From an uncultured Candidatus Entotheonella sp. (GTDB lineage Bacteria > Tectomicrobia > Entotheonellia > Entotheonellales > Entotheonellaceae): a stretch of 64,000 nucleotides of DNA. How positions within the stretch are numbered: position 1 is the first letter of the stretch; each line of letters starts with the position of its first letter. A program made the position numbers and the translations under genes. The stretch covers positions 864,001 through 928,000 of the forward strand of contig OZ244252.1 in assembly GCA_965217185.1 (NCBI GenBank), in the 5' to 3' direction. This document shows positions 9,341-19,724 of this stretch, one piece after another. A model generated the notes under the pieces. That model was given only the letters and a program-made list of their open reading frames with translations, did no database searches and had not been told where the DNA came from.

Positions 9341-10651
9341 TCATTTGTGCCTTAGATGCAAGCGAATCGGGGTGCCAGCAAATGTAAAGTGTTGCCGAAA
9401 TTGATTTTCCAAGTACCGCTGGTAATAACCCTTGATGCCCTGAGGGTAATTCACAAAACATAGAAAGGTCGGAGGTTGGATCGCTGTCTGTAAGGCAAAG
9501 GAGAATTTTACAAATTTCCCGCGATACGCCGCCGGCGGATGTTGACGGGTAACAGCCTTCAAACATTCGTTCAAGGCGGCTGTTGGTATGCGGCGCTTTG
9601 ACGCCTCAACAACCGTATCAATCAGCGGAAACAGCTTGACGATCCGCATGCCACTAAGGGCCGAGATGGTGACGACCGGCGCGTGCGACATGAAGGGTAT
9701 GGCCTCACGAATGGCACGTACGGAAGCGTCAAACGTCTTGGACGTCTTGTCGACGGCATCCCACTTGTTGACAACGATGACGCATGCCTTGCCCTGCCGC
9801 TCAATGTAGCTGGCGATTCGGACATCCTGCTCGCCTACCTCTGTCGTGGCGTCTAGCATTAAAACGGCGACTTCGCAATGCTGAATGCGGTTCAGGGTAA
9901 CTGCCACAGTTGCTTTTTCGAGCACGGCGCCGATGCGACGTGGCTTTCGCATGCCGGCTGTGTCAACCAGGGTATAAAACTGCGAATTGATGCGAACCTG
10001 GATATCAATCGCGTCTCGTGTGGTGCCCGGCGCATCATCTACCAACAGGCGGTCTTCCCGCAGTATGCGGTTGACCAGCGACGACTTGCCAACATTTGGC
10101 CTGCCAACGATGGCAACCGACACCCCGGTAGATCCGGCCTCAAGGTCCGAGGCGGGAGGCAGAACCGTCAAGACCGCGTCGAGTAAATCGCCTAATCCCT
10201 GACCATGCTCGGCGGAAATCCAATGCGGCGTACCGAAACCCAGGCGATGCAGGGGCGATAGTTCCGCATCTGCAGTTGCTCTTTCAGCTTTGTTGCTGAC
10301 GAGTAGCACGATCTTGCCGGCTTTATGCAATTGCAACGCAATATCCTGATCCGCGGCGGTGATTTCCTCCCGACTATCAAGCACGAAGAGAACAACGTCG
10401 GCCTCGCCAATGGCTTGCAGGGTTTGATCGTGAACGGCTTCTAACAGGCGGCTTGCCTCGGTGGACATGATGCCGCCCGTATCAATCAGGCGGAAGGAAC
10501 GCCCAAGCCATTCCGCCATGCCATAATGGCGGTCTCGCGTAACTCCAGCGGTCTTATCCACCAGTGCGGTGTGTCGGCCAATGATGCGGTTAAACAGGGT
10601 GGATTTACCCACGTTGGGGCGTCCGACGATGGCAACAGTAGGCGGTGACAT
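9341..10651 (-). CDS. der: Ribosome biogenesis GTPase Der (EngA)
   Basis: Two GRPNVGKS G-domains (DTGG/DTAG, NKAE/NKWD) plus KH-like C-terminus ending GTPIRL. Confidence 0.97.
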   Translation of the reverse strand: MSPPTVAIVGRPNVGKSTLFNRIIGRHTALVDKTAGVTRDRHYGMAEWLGRSFRLIDTGGIMSTEASRLLEAVHDQTLQAIGEADVVLFVLDSREEITAADQDIALQLHKAGKIVLLVSNKAERATADAELSPLHRLGFGTPHWISAEHGQGLGDLLDAVLTVLPPASDLEAGSTGVSVAIVGRPNVGKSSLVNRILREDRLLVDDAPGTTRDAIDIQVRINSQFYTLVDTAGMRKPRRIGAVLEKATVAVTLNRIQHCEVAVLMLDATTEVGEQDVRIASYIERQGKACVIVVNKWDAVDKTSKTFDASVRAIREAIPFMSHAPVVTISALSGMRIVKLFPLIDTVVEASKRRIPTAALNECLKAVTRQHPPAAYRGKFVKFSFALQTAIQPPTFLCFVNYPQGIKGYYQRYLENQFRQHFTFAGTPIRLHLRHK

Positions 10652-10691
10652 TGAATTATTTACCTGAGTTGAAGCGCCTGGACGACAGAAC

Positions 10692-12110
10692 CTAGACGTC
10701 AAACAGCCGCCTGCGGCGACTGGCGGGTGGAATGTGCAGTTCCTGGCGGTATTTTGCAACCGTGCGCCGGGCGATATTGATGTTCTTATCTTCTAACATG
10801 GCCACGAGCTGCTGGTCCGTCAAGGGCTTACGGGCATCCTCCGCTCCCACCATCTTGCGAATTGTATCCTTCACACTAACGGAGGACATCGCGTCCCCCT
10901 CGAAAGATTTCAAGCCGCTGTGGAAGAAGAACTTGAGCTCGAAGACGCCTTGGGGCGTATGAATGTACTTGTTCGTCGTTACGCGGCTCACCGTTGATTC
11001 ATGCATGCCGATGTCGTCTGCTACGTCTTTTAAGATCAGTGGGTTCAGATACGCTAGGCCTTTGTCGAGGAAATCCCGCTGAAACACGCACAAGCTCTTG
11101 GTGACCTTCATAAGCGTCTGCCTGCGCTGCTCGATCCCCTTCACGAGCCAAACTGCTGACCGAAACTTCTCTTCCAGATAATCCTTCGCGTCCTCTTGGA
11201 GCCCGTTGTTGCGGCGTAGCAGCCGCTGGTACTGCGCGTTAATGTTTAGCTTCGGCACATCGTCGTCGTTGAGCATGATCTGGTAATCGTCTCCAACCTT
11301 TACGACGTATACATCGGGCACGATATACTCGACCCGACTGGAGAGGTATCGATTGCCGGGTTTGGGGTCAAGCTCACGGATGACCCTGACCGCGGCGAGC
11401 ACATCCTCGATCGGGGCACGGAGGGTTTTGGCGATCTTTTTGAAGTGGCGTTCGTCAATTTGATCGAGATGATGGCGGATGAGGCAGGATGCCAGGGAAC
11501 CATCCATATCAAGTTGTCGGAGTTGGATGAGCAGGCATTCGCGCAAGTCTCGCGCGCCTACCCCTACGGGGTCGAAGCCTTGAATGACCGCCAAGACATC
11601 TTCGACCTCGGCGCATGGCACTCCGAAAATTTCCGACACTTCCTCGGTTTGGCAGGCCAGATAGCCGTTCTCGTCGATGTTGCCAATAAGAAAAATGCCA
11701 ATCTGCTTTCCCTGGTCGCTTTGCACCGCCAGGGCAAGTTGCCATAAAAGGTAGTCTGTTAGCGAGGTTTCGTTACTTATGGTGGATTCGAGTGAGGGGA
11801 CCTCTCTGCCGTTCTCGGTGGGGAAATTCTCATAGCTCCCCTCCTCTTGCAGATAGACTTCCCAGTCCGCCTCAAAATCTTGGCGTCCATCATCGAGGGG
11901 CGTTTCGGCAGTTTCCTTTTGTGCTAGCTCGTTGTCAGATTCCTCGGTCGTCGGAACCTCCTCAAGAAACGGATTCTCAAGCATTTCTTGTTGGATTCTC
12001 TCTACCAGTTCCAGGCGGGACAGCGGCAAGAGTTTGATCGCCTGCTGCAGCGCGGCCGTCATGACCAGCCTTTGGGCAGTTCTTAGCGATAGCTTTGCTT
12101 CAAGTGCCAC
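10692..12110 (-). CDS. rpoN: RNA polymerase sigma-54 factor
   Basis: LQQAIKLL region I, HESTVSRV HTH, RpoN box ARRTVAKYR. Confidence 0.98.
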   Translation of the reverse strand: MALEAKLSLRTAQRLVMTAALQQAIKLLPLSRLELVERIQQEMLENPFLEEVPTTEESDNELAQKETAETPLDDGRQDFEADWEVYLQEEGSYENFPTENGREVPSLESTISNETSLTDYLLWQLALAVQSDQGKQIGIFLIGNIDENGYLACQTEEVSEIFGVPCAEVEDVLAVIQGFDPVGVGARDLRECLLIQLRQLDMDGSLASCLIRHHLDQIDERHFKKIAKTLRAPIEDVLAAVRVIRELDPKPGNRYLSSRVEYIVPDVYVVKVGDDYQIMLNDDDVPKLNINAQYQRLLRRNNGLQEDAKDYLEEKFRSAVWLVKGIEQRRQTLMKVTKSLCVFQRDFLDKGLAYLNPLILKDVADDIGMHESTVSRVTTNKYIHTPQGVFELKFFFHSGLKSFEGDAMSSVSVKDTIRKMVGAEDARKPLTDQQLVAMLEDKNINIARRTVAKYRQELHIPPASRRRRLFDV

Positions 12111-12129
12111 GGTCTGACCTCAAACCGTC

Positions 12130-12879
12130 TCATGACAGGTCATAAGACAGATTAAATCCTTCCCCTAGGTATATCTGCTTGACCTCAGCATTTTCGACCA
12201 GTTCTTCAGGGGTGCCGTCATATAGCACGCAGCCGTCGTGCAAGATGTAGGCTCTGTCGGTAATTTTGAGCGTTTCTTGCACCCGATGATCCGTAATTAG
12301 GATGCCAATCCCCTTCTTTTTCAAAGAGCACACAAAAGTCTGAATATCATTCACCATAATCGGATCAATACCGGTAAAGGGTTCGTCCAACAGGACAAAG
12401 CGGGGAGATGTGGCAAGCAGACGGGCCAACTCCACCCGGCGCCGTTCGCCGCCCGATAACGTTTGCCCGGGCGTATCTCGTAGGACTGTCAAGCGAAATT
12501 CCGTCAAAAGTTCTTCCAAGCGCCGGAGGCGTTCAGCTCGGCTGCCGGAAACCGTTTCAAGAATGGCGAGGATATTCTCAGCCACCGTCATTTTGCGAAA
12601 AATGGAGGCTTCCTGCGGCAGATAACCGATCCCTAGACGCGCCCGCTGGTGCATCGGCAGATGCGTCAGCGCCCCTCCCTCCAAACACACGGTTCCTTTG
12701 TCCGGGCGAATTAAACCCACGACTATGTAAAACGTAGTCGTCTTGCCGGCGCCATTAGGCCCCAACAAGCCGACGATCTCCCCGCCCTGCACGTCTATGC
12801 TGACGTCCTGCACAACCGCACGCCCCCGGAACGTTTTCCAAATTGCGTGGGTTGTCAGATGTCCTTGCGGCGGTTTCAT
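12130..12879 (-). CDS. lptB: LPS export ABC ATPase
   Basis: GPNGAGKTT, GYLPQEASIF, LSGGERRR, LITDH; upstream of rpoN. Confidence 0.95.
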   Translation of the reverse strand: MKPPQGHLTTHAIWKTFRGRAVVQDVSIDVQGGEIVGLLGPNGAGKTTTFYIVVGLIRPDKGTVCLEGGALTHLPMHQRARLGIGYLPQEASIFRKMTVAENILAILETVSGSRAERLRRLEELLTEFRLTVLRDTPGQTLSGGERRRVELARLLATSPRFVLLDEPFTGIDPIMVNDIQTFVCSLKKKGIGILITDHRVQETLKITDRAYILHDGCVLYDGTPEELVENAEVKQIYLGEGFNLSYDLS

Positions 12880-13406
12880 GGTTCGCTGCCGGGCGATTGG
12901 TTTGGATGGAAGCGGACACGGGCTCCCTTGACGAGAATTCTTTCCTCTTCAAGGAAGATGATAATCTCATCGCCAATTAATTCATTCTGTTCGTCGCTGT
13001 CCCAAGCACGGGGGTTGCCGACCAGAACAAGCTTCTGGTCGGCTTCATAATAATCGGCGCGTTCGGCGACGGCGTGTCGGGTGCCATCCTGAAATCGCAC
13101 GTTTCCTGTGGCAATGACCTGCTTGATCTTGTTTTCATCAGCATCTCGGATAACGCGCAGATGATCGCAGTCGATGGTCAGGTTGCATCGCTTTACGCGG
13201 ACCTTGTCCTTGAAGATGAACGTATGGGTATCCCGGTCAAACGTCATCTGCTCCGAAGTTACGTCTAAAGCCGTTTCGGGCCCCTCGCAATCCGACCGCT
13301 GCAGACGCTCCGAAAGGGTCTCCCTTTCAGATTGCGGCTGACTTGCGATGCAAATAGGAAGCGCCAGCACCGCCGCGACTACGATGGCAATCCGTCGCAA
13401 GGGCAT
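12876..13406 (-). CDS. lptA: LPS transport periplasmic protein (OstA-like)
   Basis: Signal peptide, beta-jellyroll pattern ATGNV...LVGNPRAW; sits between lptC and lptB. Confidence 0.8.
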   Translation of the reverse strand: MPLRRIAIVVAAVLALPICIASQPQSERETLSERLQRSDCEGPETALDVTSEQMTFDRDTHTFIFKDKVRVKRCNLTIDCDHLRVIRDADENKIKQVIATGNVRFQDGTRHAVAERADYYEADQKLVLVGNPRAWDSDEQNELIGDEIIIFLEEERILVKGARVRFHPNQSPGSEP

Positions 13407-13439
13407 TACCCTCTCCCCTTACTCGCCTCAAGACTTTGG

Positions 13440-13997
13440 TTAATGAAAAGAGACCCTGACTTGTCGTTGCAGGGCAAAGTGCTGTCGATCCACGCTGCCG
13501 GAAAAACCCGTGCCCACGATATCGATCGTTTCGGCGCTGATCCTCACTTTCGCATCCGTGTGCAACGTGCGATTTGCCGCGTCCCAATGGAGTATCGCCG
13601 TTTCGAGGGCATATCCCCAAAGGGGGCGGAGCAAAACGCGCCCTTCAACGGTCATGTCTCCGGTGGAACTGTTAATCTGGCCGCGCTCAGCGGTCAAATG
13701 CAACGGTTCAACGTCGTGTGGAAAGAACTCAGCCCGCAATTTTTTCACAAGGGCTAGCCGCTTAGTGTCGTAAAATGCAATTTCCTTTGCAAACAGTTCC
13801 CATGACTTTGACTGCTCGGCAGTCGCCTGTTCAATAACCGAAACATCTTGCACCCACATGCCCGGCGGGTCGTCGTTCGGCAATGGAGCCGCATACTCAA
13901 ACTTCTCGGAGCGGTTGTGAAACGAGAACTGGGGACGGCTCTCAAGGGTCAGTACGACCGCCATCACGCATAAGGCGCCCACAAAATACCATTTCAT
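13440..13997 (-). CDS. lptC: LPS export protein LptC-like
   Basis: N-terminal TM, WELFA, LTAERG, LETAILHWD pattern; synteny with lptAB. Confidence 0.75.
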   Translation of the reverse strand: MKWYFVGALCVMAVVLTLESRPQFSFHNRSEKFEYAAPLPNDDPPGMWVQDVSVIEQATAEQSKSWELFAKEIAFYDTKRLALVKKLRAEFFPHDVEPLHLTAERGQINSSTGDMTVEGRVLLRPLWGYALETAILHWDAANRTLHTDAKVRISAETIDIVGTGFSGSVDRQHFALQRQVRVSFH

Positions 13998-14011
13998 CCT
14001 GGCACAACCCC

Positions 14012-14485
14012 TCAACAGGAGGACGGGAAATATCTCGCGTGGGTATCGTCGTGCGACCTGCATTGTATGGTTCGGCATTCGGACGGTGCGATTTCGATGC
14101 GGACTTGGAGCGGTGATACGGGGAAAAGAGATGGAAATTTATCGGCCCATTCGACAATCACGACGCCTCCTGATTCGAGATATTCTTCGAAGCCGAGGTC
14201 CCAAACTTCGTCGGGATTCGCAAGCCGGTAGAAGTCGAAATGATAAAGGGGCACATGGCCTTGGTATTCGTTCACCAGGGTAAAGGTCGGGCTGCGCACG
14301 TAAACGGCGGAACTGATACCCAAGCCCTCGGCAAATCCTTGCACAAGCGTCGTTTTGCCCGCTCCCAGCGGTCCGGAGCATGTAATGACATCGCCGCCGC
14401 AAGCCTGGCGCCCCAAGTAAACACCCAACGCCTTGGTTTCTTCCGCACACGAGGTGTGCCAGTGCTGTTCGAGGGTAGGTAGCAT
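14012..14485 (-). CDS. tsaE: tRNA t6A biosynthesis ATPase
   Basis: GPLGAGKTT, SPTFTLVNEY, HFDFYRL, VEWA. Confidence 0.95.
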   Translation of the reverse strand: MLPTLEQHWHTSCAEETKALGVYLGRQACGGDVITCSGPLGAGKTTLVQGFAEGLGISSAVYVRSPTFTLVNEYQGHVPLYHFDFYRLANPDEVWDLGFEEYLESGGVVIVEWADKFPSLFPVSPLQVRIEIAPSECRTIQCRSHDDTHARYFPSSC

Positions 14486-14488
14486 AAC

Positions 14489-15868
14489 TCAACAATCCGC
14501 AGACGGATTTTCTGAGGCGCCCAATTCGGCCGCAATAGCCTGGCAAATGTCGCTGGCTAAAGGGGTGAGCGTCGAAACCTCTGGCCCTTCCAGTAAAACG
14601 CGGGCAACGGGTTCCGTTCCAGATAGTCGAACGAGCACACGGCCGGCCTCGCCAAGTTCCCGTTCGGCACTGTCTATGGCAAGACGAACGCTCGGAAAGC
14701 CGCGTGGATCGCATCGCTTCGACAGCCTGACGTTGGTCAGCACCTGGGGCGACCTGCGAAAACCTCGGGCTAGGTCGGCCATGGTGGTCTGTCCTCTTTG
14801 CATGGCTCGTAAGAGTTGTAAAGCCGTAAGCAATCCATCGCTCGTTTCGAGATGCTCGGAGAAAATAATGTGCCCGGAGGGTTCCCCTCCCACGATGGCT
14901 CCCGTTTGCCGCATGCCATGCACGACGTGTTTATCCCCCACCTGCACAGTATGTAGGGCGCAGTTCAGACGCTGCAAGGTCTGATTCAGCCCCCAGTTGG
15001 CCATCACAGTGCTTACGACAGTTCGGGGCGCGAGATGATTCGACTCCGAGAGCATCTGAGCACAGATGGCTAGGATATTGTCACCATCGAGAACCTGGCC
15101 GGTGTGGTCCACCACGGCGAGTCGGTCAGCGTCACCGTCAAAGGCAAACCCGACGTCCAGCTTTTGCGCAAGCACGTGTTGCTGGAGTGATTCCGGATGC
15201 AGTGAGCCGCACTGCTGATTGATGTTGGCCCCGTTTGGTGACGTATGCAGCGCCCAAACCTGAGCCCCCAACTTTTCAAACAACGCGGGAGCGATGCCGG
15301 ACGCGGCGCCGTTCGCGCAGTCCAGGCCGACGCGAAGCCGTACGGGGCATGTGCCAAGAAAGGTGGATTTCAGAAAATCGACGTAATGTTGGGCCGCGGG
15401 CATATAGGGCTGGGAATAGCCAATCGCTTTGCCGGTCGGGCGTAGGTGGCTATTTGGTGAGTTTTGCAGGCGAGCCTCGATTTTCTCCTCAAGACTCGTT
15501 TCGATCTTGCCCCCTGTTGGCGAAAAGAATTTGATTCCGTTGTCGGCATAAGGGTTGTGAGAGGCCGAAACCATGACGCCGGCAACTGCTTGTAACTGTC
15601 CGGTCAGATGCGCCACGCCGCCCGATGGAATCACGCCAAGTTGAAGTACTTCAATGCCCGCCGAACATAGGCCGGCGGTCAGAGCGGCTTCGAGCATCGT
15701 CCCCGATAAACGGGTATCCCGCCCGATGACGAAGCACGACCTCGCTTCAGGGTCCGGGGGCGTCAGGACTTCAGCCGCTGCTCGCCCGATGGCCATGGCC
15801 GCTTCCGGCGACATCGGCTCAATGTTCGCAACGCCCCGAATCCCATCTGTGCCAAACAGGTTAGCCAT
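14489..15868 (-). CDS. glmM: Phosphoglucosamine mutase
   Basis: FGTDGIRG, SASHNP, DGDADR, GGEPSGH, RLSGTEP. Confidence 0.96.
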   Translation of the reverse strand: MANLFGTDGIRGVANIEPMSPEAAMAIGRAAAEVLTPPDPEARSCFVIGRDTRLSGTMLEAALTAGLCSAGIEVLQLGVIPSGGVAHLTGQLQAVAGVMVSASHNPYADNGIKFFSPTGGKIETSLEEKIEARLQNSPNSHLRPTGKAIGYSQPYMPAAQHYVDFLKSTFLGTCPVRLRVGLDCANGAASGIAPALFEKLGAQVWALHTSPNGANINQQCGSLHPESLQQHVLAQKLDVGFAFDGDADRLAVVDHTGQVLDGDNILAICAQMLSESNHLAPRTVVSTVMANWGLNQTLQRLNCALHTVQVGDKHVVHGMRQTGAIVGGEPSGHIIFSEHLETSDGLLTALQLLRAMQRGQTTMADLARGFRRSPQVLTNVRLSKRCDPRGFPSVRLAIDSAERELGEAGRVLVRLSGTEPVARVLLEGPEVSTLTPLASDICQAIAAELGASENPSADC

Positions 15869-15930
15869 AAGGCGCCTCTTGCCTCCCATTCAAGGGTAGA
15901 TCAACCCAAAAGAAGGCTTACCCTGTCCTC

Positions 15931-17796
15931 TCACGAAACCGTATTGGAGTCATTCGGCAACATGGAAGGGTGGACGCCGTTGCCGTTGTTCGACTTGCTG
16001 CATTCTTCGACAAGCGCGGCGATCTCGTCGGCATTCAACTCTTCATGCTCAACGAGGGCTTTGGCAAGAGCATGCAGGATGTGGATGTTGGCAGAAAGGA
16101 TGGACTTCGCGCCTTCATAGCCATTGTTCACAAGCCGTTTGACTTCTTCATCGATGGCAATCGCCGTGACCTCGCTGTAGTCCTTGTGTTGGGTAATCTC
16201 ACGTCCGAGGAAAATCTGTTCCTCCTTCACCCCAAAGGCCAGAGGGCCCATGCGGTCGCTCATCCCCCACTCGCAGACCATCTTGCGGGCGAGTTCGGTG
16301 GCCCGCTCGATGTCATTGCCGGCTCCCGTCGTTGGGTCCTTGAAGATGATTTCCTCCGCGGCCCTCCCTCCCATGTATATGTGAAGGTTGTTGACCAGAT
16401 ATTCACGGGGATACGCGTGTTTTTCCTCCACCGGCAGTTGCTGCGTAACACCCAGGGCCATGCCTCGGGGAATAATCGTGACCTTGTGAATGGGGTCGGT
16501 GCCGGGCAGGAGTTTCGCCACCAGCGCATGACCGGCCTCATGATAGGCGGTGACCTTCTTTTCCTCGTCGCTGATGACCATGCTGCGGCGTTCGGCGCCC
16601 ATCATGACTTTGTCCTTGGCGGTTTCAAAATCTCGCATGTCAACCTGAGCTTTGTGATGCCGAGCAGCGAATAGCGCCGCTTCGTTGGCAAGGTTGGACA
16701 GATCCGCGCCCGAGAATCCCGGTGTGCCGCGTGCCAAGATCGCCAAATCGACGTCGTTAGCGAGAGGGATGTCCTTCGTGTGGACAGTCAGAATGCCGGC
16801 CCGACCGCGCACATCCGGCCGGGATACCACCACCTGTCGGTCAAACCGTCCGGGGCGCAAAAGAGCCGGGTCAAGGACATCCGGGCGGTTGGTCGCTGCG
16901 ATCAGAATGACGCCGTCGTTTGACTCGAAACCATCCATTTCCACCAAGAGTTGATTCAGGGTCTGTTCGCGTTCATCGTGTCCGCCGCCCAAGCCGGCGC
17001 CCCGATGACGCCCAACCGCGTCGATTTCGTCAATAAACACGATGCACGGTGCGTGTTTCTTGCCTTGTTCGAACAGGTCCCGCACACGAGACGCACCCAC
17101 GCCCACAAACATTTCGACAAAATCCGAGCCGCTGACGCTGAAGAACGGCACACTCGCCTCACCCGCAATCGCCCGGGCCAACAACGTCTTACCCGTCCCC
17201 GGGGGGCCCATCAACAGAACACCTTTGGGAATTTTCCCGCCCAGTTTCTGGAAACGTTGTGGATCTTTTAGAAACTCAATGATCTCTTCCAATTCAGCTT
17301 TGGCTTCATCGGCCCCCGCGACGTCGGAAAAGGTGGCTTTCTTCTTCTGCTCGGAAAGCAAGCGGGCGCGGCTTTTTCCGAATGACAGTGCCTTGCTGCC
17401 GCCACTCTGCATTTGCCGCATGAAGAACACCCACAAACCGATCAATAACATGACCGGGGCCCAGGACAGGAGAAACTGTACAAGGTAAGAGTTCTTTTCC
17501 GGGGGCTCGACTTCGATGACGACTTGGCTGTCGCGGAGAAAGGGAATCAGGTCGGGGTCTTCCGGGGCATACGTTTTGAATTGGCCGTCAGCACCCTCGC
17601 CGCCGACGTACTCACCGGTGATTCCCTCACCCTGGATGTGTACCGTACGGACACGATTCTGCCGTACTTCCTCGATAAAATCGCTGTATGAGATTTCTTG
17701 TATGGGCTGACTCGCTGTATTGAAGTAACTCCAGGTGAAGACAAGGATGAGACCGAAAACCAACCACAGAGCAAGCTTTTGATAGAATTGGCTCAA
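15931..17796 (-). CDS. ftsH: ATP-dependent zinc metalloprotease FtsH
   Basis: Two TM helices, [20 protein letters not shown]. Confidence 0.98.
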   Translation of the reverse strand: MSQFYQKLALWLVFGLILVFTWSYFNTASQPIQEISYSDFIEEVRQNRVRTVHIQGEGITGEYVGGEGADGQFKTYAPEDPDLIPFLRDSQVVIEVEPPEKNSYLVQFLLSWAPVMLLIGLWVFFMRQMQSGGSKALSFGKSRARLLSEQKKKATFSDVAGADEAKAELEEIIEFLKDPQRFQKLGGKIPKGVLLMGPPGTGKTLLARAIAGEASVPFFSVSGSDFVEMFVGVGASRVRDLFEQGKKHAPCIVFIDEIDAVGRHRGAGLGGGHDEREQTLNQLLVEMDGFESNDGVILIAATNRPDVLDPALLRPGRFDRQVVVSRPDVRGRAGILTVHTKDIPLANDVDLAILARGTPGFSGADLSNLANEAALFAARHHKAQVDMRDFETAKDKVMMGAERRSMVISDEEKKVTAYHEAGHALVAKLLPGTDPIHKVTIIPRGMALGVTQQLPVEEKHAYPREYLVNNLHIYMGGRAAEEIIFKDPTTGAGNDIERATELARKMVCEWGMSDRMGPLAFGVKEEQIFLGREITQHKDYSEVTAIAIDEEVKRLVNNGYEGAKSILSANIHILHALAKALVEHEELNADEIAALVEECSKSNNGNGVHPSMLPNDSNTVS

Positions 17797-17859
17797 GAGA
17801 GGCTCCTTAACAGCCGGGATGAATTAAGCCTTGCCTAATCAGCGTTTTACAATGCGCGC

Positions 17860-17889
17860 ATCATAACACACCGGTCTTTTCCTTGACAA
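17860..17889 (-). promoter_or_regulatory. Candidate sigma70 promoter for ftsH
   Basis: Minus strand TTGTCA-18 nt-TATGAT with an extended TG. Confidence 0.45.
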
Positions 17890-17923
17890 ACAACGGCGGG
17901 CGGTTCCGCATGCCCTGCCCTGC

Positions 17924-19321
17924 CTAATGCGTTGTTTCAGAGCACGCCAATTCCAACACCTGCCGCGTTTCCGGACGGACCTTGAAGGGCTCCGCGACCC
18001 GATACCCAACGACCCACAGGATTTCCGCTCTAGCCAATACCAGAGGGACATACGGCCGCATGGCCTTGGGCACCTTATTGTTGACAAAGAAGTCCTGCAG
18101 CTTTTGGGAGCCTGCCGCTCCGAGGGGATGAAAGCGGTCGCCGGGCTGAGGGAATCGTATGGACAGCGGAGACGCAGCCGCGTCAACGTCCACGAAAACA
18201 CGGCGAGGTTCCACTTGGTCCTGCCACCCTTGGGTGAGGCCAAGCGCTCTGGCGGTGAGTGACAAGGCAAGACCGTGCAGGGTCAGGGTACCGGGGACTG
18301 GCAGGAGGGCGGATAAAGAAGTCGGCGGCAACGCCCTTGCCTGCCATAGCAGGACGACGTCATTGTGCCGCTCGGCCATCAACTGACCTGCAAGCGTTAA
18401 GCGTCGTCCAACTTTGTCGTTGTTAACAGCAAACCGCCACAATGCTTCTATATCACGAAAGCCCGCCGCATTGCCCGAGTTGGGCAACCGGTCCATGGCA
18501 TATCGCAGGAGGCGACGTTGCATGGCGAGGGGGGCAGCGGCAAATGGCGCGCGCCTTATGGCAAGCATCGCATTGCCGATTCTCCAACTCAGCACCTGCT
18601 TTGCCAAATCCTCGGTTTGCTGCTCGAGCACATCGTTGTCGGCACGTAGCATGTCGGCCACATGGTGCAGCCGCTGGGCAATGTTTGGGTGATATGCCCG
18701 CAACGTGGGTATCAGGTCAAGGCGAATCCGACTCCGCAAATAATTTCGGCTCATATTTGAACTGTCCTCCACCCACGGAATGCCAGTGGCCCGGAGATAC
18801 TCCAGGATGGAATGCCGATGCACCTGAAGCAGAGGACGAATAAACGGCATCCGTTTGGCCGGGATGCCCGCCAATCCGGCAGGGCCGCCCCCGCGGAGTA
18901 GCCGCATGAGCAGGGTTTCGGCTTGGTCGTCGGCTGTATGGCCTAGGGCAATGTGGGTGGCTGCAAGCGAACGGAACAGCGACTGTAGAGCGCCATATCG
19001 TAACTGGCGGGCGGCGTGCTGCGGTGACAAGCCGGTGCGTCGCTTCAGGGCTTTGACGTCAACGTCCATCTTGTGGAAGGGCAAGCCCAGCTTATCTGCG
19101 TAGCGTTCGACAAACCGGGCATCCCGAATGGCCTCGTTGCCTCGAAGCTGATGGTTGACGTGGGCCACGATTAACGTCAGGTGGTAAGTCGATTCAAGCC
19201 TGTGCAGCAAGAAAAGCAGAGCCATGGAGTCTGCGCCGCCAGAGACTGACACAATGACCTTGGCTCCGGGACATAACAACTCGTGTGCCTCGACAAACCT
19301 CTGGACCTCAGCGACAAGCAT
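17924..19321 (-). CDS. tilS: tRNA(Ile)-lysidine synthetase
   Basis: SGGADS PP-loop, HVNHQLR, GHTADDQAET, C-terminal GDRFHP...KLQDFF; tilS-ftsH synteny. Confidence 0.96.
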   Translation of the reverse strand: MLVAEVQRFVEAHELLCPGAKVIVSVSGGADSMALLFLLHRLESTYHLTLIVAHVNHQLRGNEAIRDARFVERYADKLGLPFHKMDVDVKALKRRTGLSPQHAARQLRYGALQSLFRSLAATHIALGHTADDQAETLLMRLLRGGGPAGLAGIPAKRMPFIRPLLQVHRHSILEYLRATGIPWVEDSSNMSRNYLRSRIRLDLIPTLRAYHPNIAQRLHHVADMLRADNDVLEQQTEDLAKQVLSWRIGNAMLAIRRAPFAAAPLAMQRRLLRYAMDRLPNSGNAAGFRDIEALWRFAVNNDKVGRRLTLAGQLMAERHNDVVLLWQARALPPTSLSALLPVPGTLTLHGLALSLTARALGLTQGWQDQVEPRRVFVDVDAAASPLSIRFPQPGDRFHPLGAAGSQKLQDFFVNNKVPKAMRPYVPLVLARAEILWVVGYRVAEPFKVRPETRQVLELACSETTH

Positions 19322-19392
19322 AGCTGCCCCGCCAATGCACGCCTGTGACGACGCATTGGCAAACTGATGTGAGGGAGGATCAAAAGGGAGGA

Positions 19393-19466
19393 TGGCGGTG
19401 CAGGGACTTGAACCCCGGACACTGCGGATATGAGCCGCATGCTCTGACCAGCTGAGCTACACCGCC
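19393..19466 (-). tRNA. tRNA with CAT anticodon (probably elongator Met; Ile2 not excluded)
   Basis: Reverse complement GGCGGTGTAGCTCAGCTGGTCAGAGCA-TGCGG-CTCATAT-CCGCA-...GGTTCAAGTCC-...CACCGCCA; paired 1:72, so not the initiator. Confidence 0.92.
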
Positions 19467-19724
19467 GAGAAAAGGCTAATGAATCCTAAAGTCAGAAGAG
19501 GGTGAAGGATGGGAAAAGCGCCGAAACTATAGTCCACTGTCCCTACAACGTCAACTCGTTGATCTCTTTGGTTTCTGAAAGCCCACAGGTCATCCGGCAT
19601 GGCAGTTTTGTTGATAGATTAGATAAGCTATTGCCGTTTGTGAAGAATAAAATAATAAAGAGTTTATGATTTATATTTCGTTTGAAATATCATAAGCACA
19701 GTGGAAATTAACCTGTCGATATTG

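Noticed and set aside
19467..19724. AT-rich patch with an imperfect hairpin near 19664-19695 (similar patch at 3664-3712)
   Set aside because: Adequately explained as terminator/promoter DNA; no repeat or ncRNA evidence
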